The position numbers were made by a program, and so were the translations under genes. From Gemmatimonadota bacterium (lineage in GTDB: Bacteria > Gemmatimonadota > Gemmatimonadetes > Longimicrobiales > Gaopeijiaceae): DNA of 64,000 nucleotides. The DNA is taken from positions 32,001-96,000 of the forward strand of contig JAXHMG010000002.1 in the NCBI GenBank assembly GCA_034521595.1, in the 5' to 3' direction. Below the pieces are notes generated by a model. The model worked only from the letters and a program-made list of their open reading frames with translations, searched no databases and was not told the origin of the DNA. This document shows positions 39,597 to 49,179 of the stretch, piece by piece (within the stretch, counting starts at the first letter, position 1; the number at the start of each line of letters is the position of its first letter).

Positions 39597-39654
39597 GCAC
39601 GTCGAACCCCCCAAACGAAATCAAGTCTGCTCCACCACAATCAGGAGACATGAG

Positions 39655-40566
39655 ATGTTTCGAACCAAGTTCACCAAGCTGCTCGGCGGCGCCCTCCTTC
39701 TCGGAATGGGCCTGGCCGCGTGCGACGACAGCACCGGCGTCGACGGCGACGCCTCGATGCGTGTGCTGCTGACGGACGCGCCCTCGGACTACGTCGACTC
39801 GGCCTGGGTCGACATCGGCGCCGTAGAGCTGATCCCCGCGGGTGACGGAGGTCCGGTGACCCTCACCGCCGACGGAACCGACGGCTTCGTCGATCTGCTC
39901 GACCTGCAGGGCACGGCCACCCAGTTGCTCGCCGACGCGGACGTCCCGACGGGCGACTACAACCAGCTCCGGCTGATCGTGGACGAGGCCCGCGTGGCGC
40001 TTGCCGACGGGTACGAGTTCCAGGACGGCTCGACCTCGAAGAGCCTGTTCGTGCCGAGCGGCGCGCAGACGGGCATCAAGCTCAACCTCGCCGGAAGCGG
40101 TGGCGAGGAGGAGAGCGGACCGGTGACGATCGCCGCGGGCGAGACCGTGCTGGTCCTCGACTTCGACGTGAACCAGAGCTTCGTGATCCAGGGTGACCCC
40201 GAAGCCGAGGCCGGTATCCGGGACATGCTCTTCACCCCGACCATCAGCGTGGTCGCCGAGAACGTCGCGGCCAGCGTGTCCGGCACGGTGAGCACGAATC
40301 TCTCCGACACCTCGGTCGAAGGGCTGGTCGTGACCGCCGAGCCCACGGGCGAGGGCTCGCTCGAGGAGTACCAGAGCCAGACGGGCACAGCCGTCACTGA
40401 AGAAGACGGCACGTACACGATCTACTTCCTGGTTCCGGGGTCCTACGAAGTGTCGGTCGACGCGGGCGAGGGTCTGTCCGCCGATCCGACGGAGACCGCC
40501 GTGGATCTCGACGACGGTGAGGATGAGACCGGTGTCGACTTCGAGTTGGTCGAGAGCGGTTCGTAG
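39655..40566 (+). CDS. DUF4382 lipoprotein 2 (tandem paralog)
   Basis: AGGAGA RBS; lipobox LAAC; same motifs as paralog 1; both end DFE[IL]VESGS. Confidence 0.88.
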   Translation: MFRTKFTKLLGGALLLGMGLAACDDSTGVDGDASMRVLLTDAPSDYVDSAWVDIGAVELIPAGDGGPVTLTADGTDGFVDLLDLQGTATQLLADADVPTGDYNQLRLIVDEARVALADGYEFQDGSTSKSLFVPSGAQTGIKLNLAGSGGEEESGPVTIAAGETVLVLDFDVNQSFVIQGDPEAEAGIRDMLFTPTISVVAENVAASVSGTVSTNLSDTSVEGLVVTAEPTGEGSLEEYQSQTGTAVTEEDGTYTIYFLVPGSYEVSVDAGEGLSADPTETAVDLDDGEDETGVDFELVESGS

Positions 40567-40592
40567 CGTTCCGCTGCCCGGCGCGGCGCCGC

Positions 40593-40629
40593 GCCGGGTT
40601 CGCGTCCCTTCCGGGGGCGCGGACCCGGC
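40593..40629 (+). terminator. Stem-loop between DUF4382 gene 2 and the sigma gene
   Basis: GCCGGGTTCGCGTCCCT-TCC-GGGGGCGCGGACCCGGC. Confidence 0.5.
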
Positions 40630-40651
40630 TGCGTCGCGGCATATTGTGCCC

Positions 40652-41218
40652 ATGAGCGAGCTCTCCGATGCGACGGTCGTGGCCCGCGTGCTCTCCGGAG
40701 ACCGGGAAGCGTTCGGGACGCTGGTGGACCGCCACCAGGACCGCATGCTGGCGTATGTGCGCCACATGGGTTTCGGCCCGGACGAAGCATCGGACATCGT
40801 GCAGGACGGATTCGTACGCGCCTTTCGGCACCTCGGGCGCTGCGGCGACCCGGAGCGGTTCGACGGCTGGCTGTTCCGGATCGTCAGCAACCTGTGCCGG
40901 ACGGCGGGCGGACGGGCGAAGCGCAAGCGAACCGATGCGCTCGAGGACCACGCCCCTTCACTCGCTTCGGAGCTACCCGGGCCGGACGAGCGGATGGAAG
41001 GTTCCTGGACACGGCAACGGGTGCGTGAAGGGCTCGACGGCGTACCGGCGGACCAGAGGGAGGCGTTGATCCTGATGTATCTCGAGGGTTATTCGGTCGC
41101 GGAGATCGAGGAGGTCACCGGCGCCTCGCGATCCGCGGTCAAAATGCGACTGAAGCGGGGACGTGACGTGTTGGAGCGCTTGCTGGCCCCCGTATTCGCG
41201 GAGGTGGAAGACCGATGA
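40652..41218 (+). CDS. ECF RNA polymerase sigma factor
   Basis: GDREAFGTLVDRH, DIVQDGFVRAF, WLFRIVSNLC, REALILMYLEGYSVAEI, AVKMRLKRGR. Confidence 0.93.
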   Translation: MSELSDATVVARVLSGDREAFGTLVDRHQDRMLAYVRHMGFGPDEASDIVQDGFVRAFRHLGRCGDPERFDGWLFRIVSNLCRTAGGRAKRKRTDALEDHAPSLASELPGPDERMEGSWTRQRVREGLDGVPADQREALILMYLEGYSVAEIEEVTGASRSAVKMRLKRGRDVLERLLAPVFAEVEDR

Positions 41219-41814
41219 ACGACGAGAGAGACGATCGCCTGCGGGAGCTTCTGGGCGAGCTGCGGGAAGATCACCGGGCGCCCCCGGAGCTCAAGAGGAA
41301 CGTCATGGAACGGGTGCGCGCGATTCCGGATCCCCTTTGGAAGCGCGCCCTCGATTGGGTATTACGACCGAGAACCATCCAGGTCACGCCGGCGACGGCG
41401 GGGTTTGCGATGGCCGGGCTCGCGCTGCTTTTCGTGCTCCGTCCCGGACCGCAGAGCACGCCCTCGCCCTCCACCGGATCGTCCGACGCCGCGGTGACCA
41501 CCGCCCAGGCCGGCGCGAACACGGGAGCGAGGGAGCGATCCATGACCCGGTTCGTGTTCGTGGCGCCCGAAGCTTCGGAAGTACGGATGACCGGCGACTT
41601 CGTCTCGTGGGATCCCGAAGGAATCACGCTCGAGGATGAGCGTGGCACGGGCGTGTGGACCGCGGACGTGCCACTCTCGCCTGGGGTGTACCAGTATACG
41701 TTCATCGTCGACGGCACGGAGTGGCGCCCTGACCCCCACGCGGTCTCTCAGGTGGACGACGGCTTCGGGCAGCAGAACAGCGTCGTCATCGTCTCGGGGA
41801 ACAACGAGGCATGA
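41215..41814 (+). CDS. Putative anti-sigma factor with C-terminal CBM48/AMPK-beta-like glycogen-binding domain
   Basis: ATGA-coupled to sigma; short N-domain, one TM, then FVAPEASEVRMTGDFVSW...GVW...LSPGVYQYTFIVDG.EW.PDP...DDGFGQQNSV. Confidence 0.8.
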   Translation: MNDERDDRLRELLGELREDHRAPPELKRNVMERVRAIPDPLWKRALDWVLRPRTIQVTPATAGFAMAGLALLFVLRPGPQSTPSPSTGSSDAAVTTAQAGANTGARERSMTRFVFVAPEASEVRMTGDFVSWDPEGITLEDERGTGVWTADVPLSPGVYQYTFIVDGTEWRPDPHAVSQVDDGFGQQNSVVIVSGNNEA

Positions 41815-42467
41815 ACGTCCGGCGGGGCTTCGGCCTGGCACTGACGGTACTGGCCACGGCGAGCGCTCCGGCGCTGGCCGCGAAGCTGTCCGCTCAGTCC
41901 ATGGAGCTCGAAGGCCGCGTCGACGCACGTATCTTGACCCGTGTCGAGCCCGTGTTCGCAGCCGCCGCGCGGGACTCGCTGCCCATGGACGTGCTCCGGG
42001 CGAAGGTGTTGGAAGGGGCGACCAAGAACCGCCCGCCGGAGTTGATCGCCCGGGTCGTCACCGACCTCGCGGAAGACCTCCGTGCTACTCGGACGGCGTT
42101 GCGGGAACGGTTGCCCGACGCGGCGATCTCCGGACGCGAGCTCGCCGCGGCCTCCCTGGCCCGCGGGCAGGGCGTGCCGATGGAGTCCCTGGCCGACCTC
42201 TGGAGCTCGCGGCCCGCCGGAGGCTCCCTACAGATCCCCGTGACCGTGCTGGGGGAGCTCGTCCGACGGGGCGTTCCGCCGGACGAAGCGTCCGCCGTGA
42301 TGCGGCACATCATCGACACCGGCGTGCCCCTGGAACGGGCGGCTCAGATCCCCGGCCGGCTCGACGGTGTCACCCGTCCGGACGTGGCTCCCCCGGAGGC
42401 ATTGGAGCGGGCGCTCCGCGACCTCGATATTCCGGCTCCCCCGGCGGGGCGCGGGCCGGGAGGATGA
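41811..42467 (+). CDS. Secreted helical hypothetical protein (paralog of 43734..44516)
   Basis: Signal peptide, ATGA coupling, shared motifs LP..L....L[EQ]G..K.R and SRP.G.SL..P..VLG.L..RG.P. Confidence 0.72.
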   Translation: MNVRRGFGLALTVLATASAPALAAKLSAQSMELEGRVDARILTRVEPVFAAAARDSLPMDVLRAKVLEGATKNRPPELIARVVTDLAEDLRATRTALRERLPDAAISGRELAAASLARGQGVPMESLADLWSSRPAGGSLQIPVTVLGELVRRGVPPDEASAVMRHIIDTGVPLERAAQIPGRLDGVTRPDVAPPEALERALRDLDIPAPPAGRGPGG

Positions 42468-42492
42468 CCCCTCTCAAACGGGAAGCGACACC

Positions 42493-43644
42493 ATGACCAC
42501 GTGGAAACACGGTGCGCGCGGCGCCTGGAGGCGGCGAGCGATTCTCGCCGGGCTGCTCGGATCGTCCCTGGCCACGGCGTCCTCCATCCATGCTCAAGCA
42601 CCACGGTGGGAGCTGAACCTCAGTGGTGCCCGCATCCAGTACGACTCCCTTTCGGCGTTGAACGCCCCCTCGGGGTCCGGCCTGCTCGAATGGCGCGGGT
42701 CCAAGCTGCTCGGCAGGATCGGGGCCGGAGTCACGGGATTTCAAAACGCGGGCTGGACGGCGCATGGCGCAGGTGAGCTGAGCCGGTGGTTCTCACCGAC
42801 CGGCTCCACCGGGCCCCTCCACCTGGAGATCTCCGGAGCCGCATCCGGATCGAAGCACTCGAGCGGCTTCGATACCTACTTCCTCCGCGGGAACGCCCGG
42901 GCCCACGCGAGCGGAAGCTCGTTCGGCGGCTGGCTCGGCCTGGGCCTGGCCCACACACGCACCTCGGTCGACCCCGCATCCGTCCGTGGGGTGATCCCGA
43001 GCCTCGGAGCCTGGGCCCGATCGAGCGCCACCCGGTTCACCGTCACGTACGAAGCCCCCGAGGTTCTCGAGCGCCGTTACCACGAGGTGAGCACCTCCCT
43101 GGCGTACTCCGGCGATCGACTCGACCTGACCGGCTTCGCGGGGTGGCGAGCGGCTCCTTCCGAATCAGCCTTGGGCGACGAGAGCTGGCTGGGCGCGAGC
43201 GCCGCGTTCTGGCTTCGTCCGGAAGCGGCGCTCGTGGTTTCGGGAGGACGCTACGCACCGGACGTGATCCAGGGGCTTCCCGGGGGCGACTACGTGAGCG
43301 TCGGCTTCCGCATCACCGGTAGCCGGGCGAGACCGGTACCCGAGCCGGCCGCGCGGAGCCCGCTCCTCTTCACCGAAGCCAGCGCGACACGCGGCTCGAT
43401 CGGCTTCGAGCTCCCGGAAGCACGAACGGTCGAGGTCGCCGGCGACTGGAACGATTGGACGCCGGAACCGCTCTCTCGGGATTCGGACGGGCGGTGGGTG
43501 CTTCCGCCGGGTCTCGCCCCTGGAGTCTACCGGTTCAACCTCCGGGTCGATGGTGAGCGCTGGATCGTGCCCGAAGGCGTTCCGTCGTCCGACGACGGCT
43601 TCGGCGGGGAAGTCGGTCTTCTCGTCATCACGGGCGACTCATGA
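42493..43644 (+). CDS. Secreted probable beta-barrel protein with C-terminal CBM48-like glycogen-binding domain
   Basis: Signal peptide (IHA-Q), amphipathic Gly/aromatic strands, then ARTVEVAGDWNDW...GRW...LAPGVYRFNLRVDG.RW..P...DDGFGG. Confidence 0.72.
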   Translation: MTTWKHGARGAWRRRAILAGLLGSSLATASSIHAQAPRWELNLSGARIQYDSLSALNAPSGSGLLEWRGSKLLGRIGAGVTGFQNAGWTAHGAGELSRWFSPTGSTGPLHLEISGAASGSKHSSGFDTYFLRGNARAHASGSSFGGWLGLGLAHTRTSVDPASVRGVIPSLGAWARSSATRFTVTYEAPEVLERRYHEVSTSLAYSGDRLDLTGFAGWRAAPSESALGDESWLGASAAFWLRPEAALVVSGGRYAPDVIQGLPGGDYVSVGFRITGSRARPVPEPAARSPLLFTEASATRGSIGFELPEARTVEVAGDWNDWTPEPLSRDSDGRWVLPPGLAPGVYRFNLRVDGERWIVPEGVPSSDDGFGGEVGLLVITGDS

Positions 43645-43653
43645 CCGGCCGCG

Positions 43654-43683
43654 GATGTGACCGGAGCAGCCCCGGACGAGTGT
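43654..43683 (+). promoter_or_regulatory. Putative ECF promoter, copy 3
   Basis: GATGTGACC-N15-GAGTGT upstream of the 43734 gene. Confidence 0.75.
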
Positions 43684-43733
43684 TCAGGATGAAGAGCACA
43701 CGAAACGGTTATGTCGAACCGAGAGATCAAACC

Positions 43734-44516
43734 ATGAGCACCGAGCATAAGCGGCACCGCCGACGGACGTGCACCCGGATCGTAGGGCTCGCCGCGACTT
43801 TGTTCGTGGCTGCCGGCGGGGTCGGAGCGCAGCAACGGGACGCTGCGGACCGACTCGGAGGCCGGCTTCCCGGCGACCTCGAATCCACGGTGTTGGAGCG
43901 CATCCGCCTGGCCGACGAGAACGGCCTCCCCACCACATCGCTGGTGGACCTCGCGCTCCAGGGCGTGATCAAAGGTCGTGACGGCGCCGAAGTGCTCGAG
44001 GCGCTGGACGGTCTCGTCGCCGACCTCGGCCGGGCCCGAGGGGCGCTCGCGGACGCAGGAGCCGCGCCGAGCGCGGACGAGGTCGAGGCCGCCGGCATGG
44101 CCATGAGGATGGGGCTCGACGCGGAGGCCGTGGCGGGTCTGGCCCGCTCCCGGCCGGAGGGACGGTCCCTCTCGGTCCCGCTCCTGGTGCTCGGCGGACT
44201 GGCGCAGCGCGGAATGCCCTCCGATCAAGCCCTCGCACGGGTCGTCGATCGCCTCGCGGCGCGTGTGGACGATGCCGGACTGATGTCGGAAATCTCGGGT
44301 CGGCCCGCAGGAGCCGGCGGACCGCCCCGGACATCACCCGCCGGCCCTTTGGGTCCGGGCGGCGAGCCTGGTCCGCCCGGGGCCGGCGGGCCCGGCGGGC
44401 CGGGGATCCCGACGCCCGTGGGGCCCGCGGGCGGAGGTCGCCCGGACGATCCACCGGACGGCCGACCCGGCGGCGGCGGGCCACCCACGGACCCCGGACC
44501 GCCCGGCGGTCCCTGA
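43734..44516 (+). CDS. Secreted helical hypothetical protein with Gly/Pro-rich tail
   Basis: Signal peptide (VGA-QQ); paralog of 41811..42467. Confidence 0.72.
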   Translation: MSTEHKRHRRRTCTRIVGLAATLFVAAGGVGAQQRDAADRLGGRLPGDLESTVLERIRLADENGLPTTSLVDLALQGVIKGRDGAEVLEALDGLVADLGRARGALADAGAAPSADEVEAAGMAMRMGLDAEAVAGLARSRPEGRSLSVPLLVLGGLAQRGMPSDQALARVVDRLAARVDDAGLMSEISGRPAGAGGPPRTSPAGPLGPGGEPGPPGAGGPGGPGIPTPVGPAGGGRPDDPPDGRPGGGGPPTDPGPPGGP

Positions 44517-44686
44517 CCCCGATGAGCGGACGCTAACCGCCCGGTCCGCTCGCAGCGACGCCGTGCATCCCGGAGCTGCTCCCACCACGCCAGCTCCGGG
44601 CGTATTTGTCGCGTTCAGGCAACCGTTCGGGTAGATTGCACGGGTCCTTGCCCCGTTCCCTTCCCGTCGCCCCGAGCCGGAGCCGG

Positions 44687-46828
44687 ATGCCCGCGCGCAC
44701 CACATCGCTTCGAGGTCAGGTCTTCCGCCTGGTACTCGCCCTCGCGATTCCCGCCATCGTCTTGGAGGGGTGGTGGAGCTTTCGGGAGTACCAGGACGCC
44801 AACGCGCGAGCGCAACTCGAAGCACTGGCCATCGCCGAACGGACCAGCGTGAGCGTGCATCAGTTCCTGGTCACCACCGGCGAGCTCATGACCGGTGTCT
44901 CGCGGGAGTTGCACGACCAGTTCGGCGCGACGGAGAGCTGTGAGAGCTTGGTGCGCACGTTGACCGACGTGCTGCCCTACTTCGTGAACACGCTCGTCCG
45001 GGGGCCCGACGGCACGCTCCTCTGTGCAGCGGAACCGCCTTCCTCCGTTCTGGCAGCGGCGGACATCGAGTTCGGTAACCGATCCGATGGGGGTCGCTTT
45101 CCCGCCGTGTCGGATCCGGTACACGACATGCCATCGGGGAACCTGGTTCTTCCCGTCGGTGTGCCCGTGCGCACCGGAGACGACGGGGAGATCGGCACTC
45201 TCATCGGGTTCGTACCCCTCACCGAGTTCGAGACCCTCCTGCCCGGAATCGCCGTCGACGACACCCACCTGGTCACGATCGCCACGTCCGACCTGCAAGT
45301 CATCACGCGTTCCAGGGACGCCGCCGCATGGGTCGGTCAGACTCTGCCCAGCCCCGAGAACGAAGATGACACCGTCGGACCCGGCCGGTACGTCGCCACC
45401 GGACCGGACGCGACGGACACCGAGCGTGCCTGGGGGGTCGCGGCCGTGGCGGGCACGGATTGGGAGGTGTTCGTCGGGATCCCGGAACGGGAGGTCAACG
45501 CACCCGCGCTCGCGATGGCGCTGCGCCGCGTGGGGCTCACCGCCTTGTTCCTGTCGGCGGGCATCCTGTTGGCGATGCTCTCGTATCACCGCATCGACCG
45601 AGCGCTCCGAGGCCTCGTGGCCGGGGTCCGGGACGTCGGCCGGGGTGAGCGCGTCCGCTTACCCGAAGGCACACCGCGCGAGGTCAGTGCCGTGGTCGAG
45701 CAGTTCAACCGAACCCTCGACCAACGCGATGCCGCCGAGGCCGCCGAGCACCGGGCGCTCGAACGCTACGCGTCGATTTTCAACGAAGCGGTCTTCGGCA
45801 TCTTCGTCGCCACCGCCGGCGGCAAGATCCTGGAAGCGAACCCGGCACTCGCGACCATGCTCGGTCACGGCGAGATCCGGCCGGTCCTCGACGCTCCGCT
45901 GCGCTCTTGGTTCCGGGATCCGGACCAGCACGACATCATGCTCGCGACGTGCCTCGCCGAAGGGACGATCGAAGGGTTCGTGACCGAATGGCTGCGAACG
46001 GACGGCGAGCGCATCGTCGTCCGCATCGACGGCAAGACCGTGCGCACGGACGACGGCGCCGAGGGTGTGGAGATGATCGTCGACGACGTCACGGAGGAGC
46101 TACAGCGCGATCGGGAGCTCCAGCAGACCCAGAAGATGGAAGCCATCGGGCGGCTCGCCGGAGGGATCGCGCACGACTTCAACAACCTCCTGACCGTGAT
46201 CAGCGCGAACAGCGAGCTCATGGACGAGAACCTGCCGGAAGGCAGCCCGATCCGACCGGATCTCAACCAAATCAGGACGGCCGCTTCCCGCGCCTCCGCC
46301 CTGACCCGACAGCTCCTTTCCTTCAGCCGCAGCGACCCATCGGAAACCCGGAACGTGGACGTCAACAGCGTGGTGAGCGAGCTCGACGCCATGCTCCACC
46401 GGCTCATCGGCGCCGACATTCGCCTGGAAACCGACCTCGACCCCGACGTTCCGCCGGTCCATGCGGATTCGAGCCGACTCGAACAGGTCGTCATGAACCT
46501 CGTCCTGAACGCGCGAGACGCCTTGCCCCACGGCGGCTCCATCCGAATCGCCACGGACACGGTGACGGGAACGGAGCCGAACGGAACCGGCGGGAGACCG
46601 GAAGTCCTGCTCACGGTACGTGACGACGGAACAGGCATGGACGCGGCGACCCGTGCGCGGATCTTCGAGCCGTTCTTCACGACGAAGGAGGAGGGGAAAG
46701 GAACGGGCCTCGGCCTCGCGACCGTCTACGGGATCGTCCGCCAGACGGGGGGCCGTGTGGAAGTGGAGAGCGAGGTCAACGAAGGTACGACCTTTCGGAT
46801 CTGGCTGCCCGGCCAAGCGGGATCCTGA
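44687..46828 (+). CDS. Sensor histidine kinase (dCache-like-HAMP-PAS-HisKA-HATPase)
   Basis: Two TMs, [31 protein letters not shown]; no receiver domain. Confidence 0.9.
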   Translation: MPARTTSLRGQVFRLVLALAIPAIVLEGWWSFREYQDANARAQLEALAIAERTSVSVHQFLVTTGELMTGVSRELHDQFGATESCESLVRTLTDVLPYFVNTLVRGPDGTLLCAAEPPSSVLAAADIEFGNRSDGGRFPAVSDPVHDMPSGNLVLPVGVPVRTGDDGEIGTLIGFVPLTEFETLLPGIAVDDTHLVTIATSDLQVITRSRDAAAWVGQTLPSPENEDDTVGPGRYVATGPDATDTERAWGVAAVAGTDWEVFVGIPEREVNAPALAMALRRVGLTALFLSAGILLAMLSYHRIDRALRGLVAGVRDVGRGERVRLPEGTPREVSAVVEQFNRTLDQRDAAEAAEHRALERYASIFNEAVFGIFVATAGGKILEANPALATMLGHGEIRPVLDAPLRSWFRDPDQHDIMLATCLAEGTIEGFVTEWLRTDGERIVVRIDGKTVRTDDGAEGVEMIVDDVTEELQRDRELQQTQKMEAIGRLAGGIAHDFNNLLTVISANSELMDENLPEGSPIRPDLNQIRTAASRASALTRQLLSFSRSDPSETRNVDVNSVVSELDAMLHRLIGADIRLETDLDPDVPPVHADSSRLEQVVMNLVLNARDALPHGGSIRIATDTVTGTEPNGTGGRPEVLLTVRDDGTGMDAATRARIFEPFFTTKEEGKGTGLGLATVYGIVRQTGGRVEVESEVNEGTTFRIWLPGQAGS

Positions 46829-46888
46829 CCCGGAGCGCACGCGGCCGCTCCAACGCACCCTTCGCTCGGCCTCACCCGGCGCTCGAGC

Positions 46889-48040
46889 TCACCCGTCGCC
46901 GAGAAGCAACGCCCTGAGAATCCGGCCGACCTCGTCGTTGTCCCGGATCCCGGCCAGCCGCTCGGCCCCCGGTCCGTGCGCGAAAAGCGGCACCATGGCG
47001 TGGGTGTGCCCCCCGGAAGTGTACGCGATCTCGCTCTCGGTCGTCTCCGCCTCCCCGTGAACGGCGAGCCCTCCCGTCTCGTGGTCCCCCGTGACGACCA
47101 CGAGCGTCCCCGGAGTTCGCTCGGCGAACGCGAGCGCCTCGGCCACGGCTCGATCGAACTCGAGGATCTCGCGTCGAATCGAAGGGAGCGGATCGTTGTC
47201 GTGCTGATACGAATCGGTGCCCTCCGTCTCGACGAGGAGGAACAGCCCCTCCGGATTAGCCGATAGCCGCTCCAGGGCCGCGCGGGTCATGGTCGGAAGG
47301 TCGGGCACGCGCTCCCCGGCGCGCTCCATCTCGTCGGCGGCGAACAACCCCAGAAGTCGACGCGTGCCGGAGCGAGCCTCTTCGAGCTCCGCGGCGTCCC
47401 GGGGGCAATCGGCTTCGCCACAGACGTCTCGCAGGAGGTCGCCCGGCCCACCCTGCAAGCTCCCGTCGAAGTACATACGCCCGCCACCGAGCAGCACGTC
47501 GGCTCCGGAGTCGAGGACCTGTACGGCCAGGCTCGCGTGCAGATCGCGGCTCGGCGCGTGCGCCGCGAACGACGCCGGGGTCGCGTCGGTCAGGGCCGTG
47601 GTGGTGACCATGCCCGTGGCCTTCCCCCGCTCCTCCGCACCCTCGAGCAGGGTCGGCAACGGGGCACAGGACGCGGGGTCCGCCGCCACGCCCGCAGGAT
47701 CGGCTTCGATCTGATCCCTGCACTCCGGCCCGACCGCGATCGCCCGGTTGAAGGTGCGCGCACCGGTGCTGAACGCGGTGGCGCCCGCCGCGCTGTCCGT
47801 GAGCCCGCCGTCGGCGTTCCGGGTATCCACGAGCCCCACCACCGGCATTCCGGCGACCGCGAGCTCCGAGCCGCGAGCCATGCGGGCCACCGACCAGGTG
47901 GCAACGCCTGCCCCGTCCGCGATCATGAGGATCACGTTGCGGACCTCTGCGTCCCCATCCGCAGTCATCTGCGCTGCGCCGGGTCCCGGAATCAGCCAGA
48001 GCATGGAAAGCAGTGCCCCGACACCGACGTTTCTCCTCAT
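46889..48040 (-). CDS. phoA: Alkaline phosphatase (PhoA family)
   Basis: NVILMIADG, TDSAAGATAFSTG, DATPASF, DSYQH, TGDHETGG, HT. Confidence 0.88.
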   Translation of the reverse strand: MRRNVGVGALLSMLWLIPGPGAAQMTADGDAEVRNVILMIADGAGVATWSVARMARGSELAVAGMPVVGLVDTRNADGGLTDSAAGATAFSTGARTFNRAIAVGPECRDQIEADPAGVAADPASCAPLPTLLEGAEERGKATGMVTTTALTDATPASFAAHAPSRDLHASLAVQVLDSGADVLLGGGRMYFDGSLQGGPGDLLRDVCGEADCPRDAAELEEARSGTRRLLGLFAADEMERAGERVPDLPTMTRAALERLSANPEGLFLLVETEGTDSYQHDNDPLPSIRREILEFDRAVAEALAFAERTPGTLVVVTGDHETGGLAVHGEAETTESEIAYTSGGHTHAMVPLFAHGPGAERLAGIRDNDEVGRILRALLLGDG

Positions 48041-48268
48041 GGCGACCGCCCCGTACTTTGACCGGACCCGCACCCGTGCCGACGATGACAGGGTTGTGAC
48101 GGCCCCGGCGGAAACACCCGAGCCAGTATCCCTTCGAGCGGAGACTGTTCCCATGACGCACCCTCCGACACACCGGCCCCACGCACGACGGAGCCCCTTC
48201 TCCGTCCAGCTCCTCGTGCTCGTCGCGCTCGTGCTCGTTCCCGACATCCTCCTACCCACTCCACCCCG

Positions 48269-49039
48269 TCACCCCGACCCGTCCTCCCGCCGAAGCAGCA
48301 GATAGTCCGCGCCCCAACGGACGAAGCCGGCCGAAAGGTCCTCCTCGAGCGTGCAGCCGGCACCTCGAAGGGCCTCGATCACCTCGGCACGCAACCAGGC
48401 CCGCAGACGGAAGGCGTCCTCGTACGTCTCCTCGCCCCCGCGCCCACGGACCGCCGTCCGTTCGCGGTACCTGTAGAACGGGGATCCGTCGCCCTCCGGC
48501 TCGATCTCCACGCAGCGGATCATGTCGTCCGTCTCGACGTCGAAGCTTTCGAACACGGACCGACTCGGGACGCTGACCAACAGGAGTCCGCCCGGGCGAA
48601 CCGCTCCGGCCATCGCGTCGGCGGCGCCGCGCAATTCCCGCTCGTCGAGCAGGTAGGAAAAGACGCTGAAGACGCACAGCGCCAGGTCGTGCTCCCCGGC
48701 GCCCCGATACGTCTCCGCGCCGGCAGCCACGCACTCGATCGGGAGGCCGCCACGTTTCTCGTCCAACACGGCGAGCATCGCGGGGGAGGGATCCACCGCG
48801 GTGACGCGGTACCCGTCCCTCGCGAGAGGAACGGCGAGCCGGCCGGTTCCCGCGCCGAAATCGACGATCCGTGCCGGGGGCCTGCACCGCGCCCGGATCT
48901 CGGTGAGCGTCCGTTCCGTGAACGTCTCGTAGTCCCGCCCGAACGTACGCTCGAGCACCCGGTCGTAGTGCCGTGCCCAGACGTCGTGCGGGACGCGGGC
49001 GGGCGGAGCTCCGGAGCGGTAGCGTGGTGTCGGAATCAT
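48269..49039 (-). CDS. Class I SAM-dependent methyltransferase
   Basis: IVDFGAGTGR, VTAVDPSPAML, RPGGLL. Confidence 0.85.
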   Translation of the reverse strand: MIPTPRYRSGAPPARVPHDVWARHYDRVLERTFGRDYETFTERTLTEIRARCRPPARIVDFGAGTGRLAVPLARDGYRVTAVDPSPAMLAVLDEKRGGLPIECVAAGAETYRGAGEHDLALCVFSVFSYLLDERELRGAADAMAGAVRPGGLLLVSVPSRSVFESFDVETDDMIRCVEIEPEGDGSPFYRYRERTAVRGRGGEETYEDAFRLRAWLRAEVIEALRGAGCTLEEDLSAGFVRWGADYLLLRREDGSG

Positions 49040-49179
49040 ATCCCGGGTGTACACGCTTGCCTCCGCGCGGAGCCATGTCTACCCTCTGACGGCCCCTCGC
49101 CGGCCCGGCAAGGCCACGAGGCCGGCGATCTTTCGTCCACGCTCGGACTCCCACTCGCCTCGGACCGCCACTCGCCCGC

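Noticed and set aside
48209-48240. CTCGTGCTCGT short intergenic repeat
   Set aside because: Only two short copies; cannot be told from low-complexity sequence within this window
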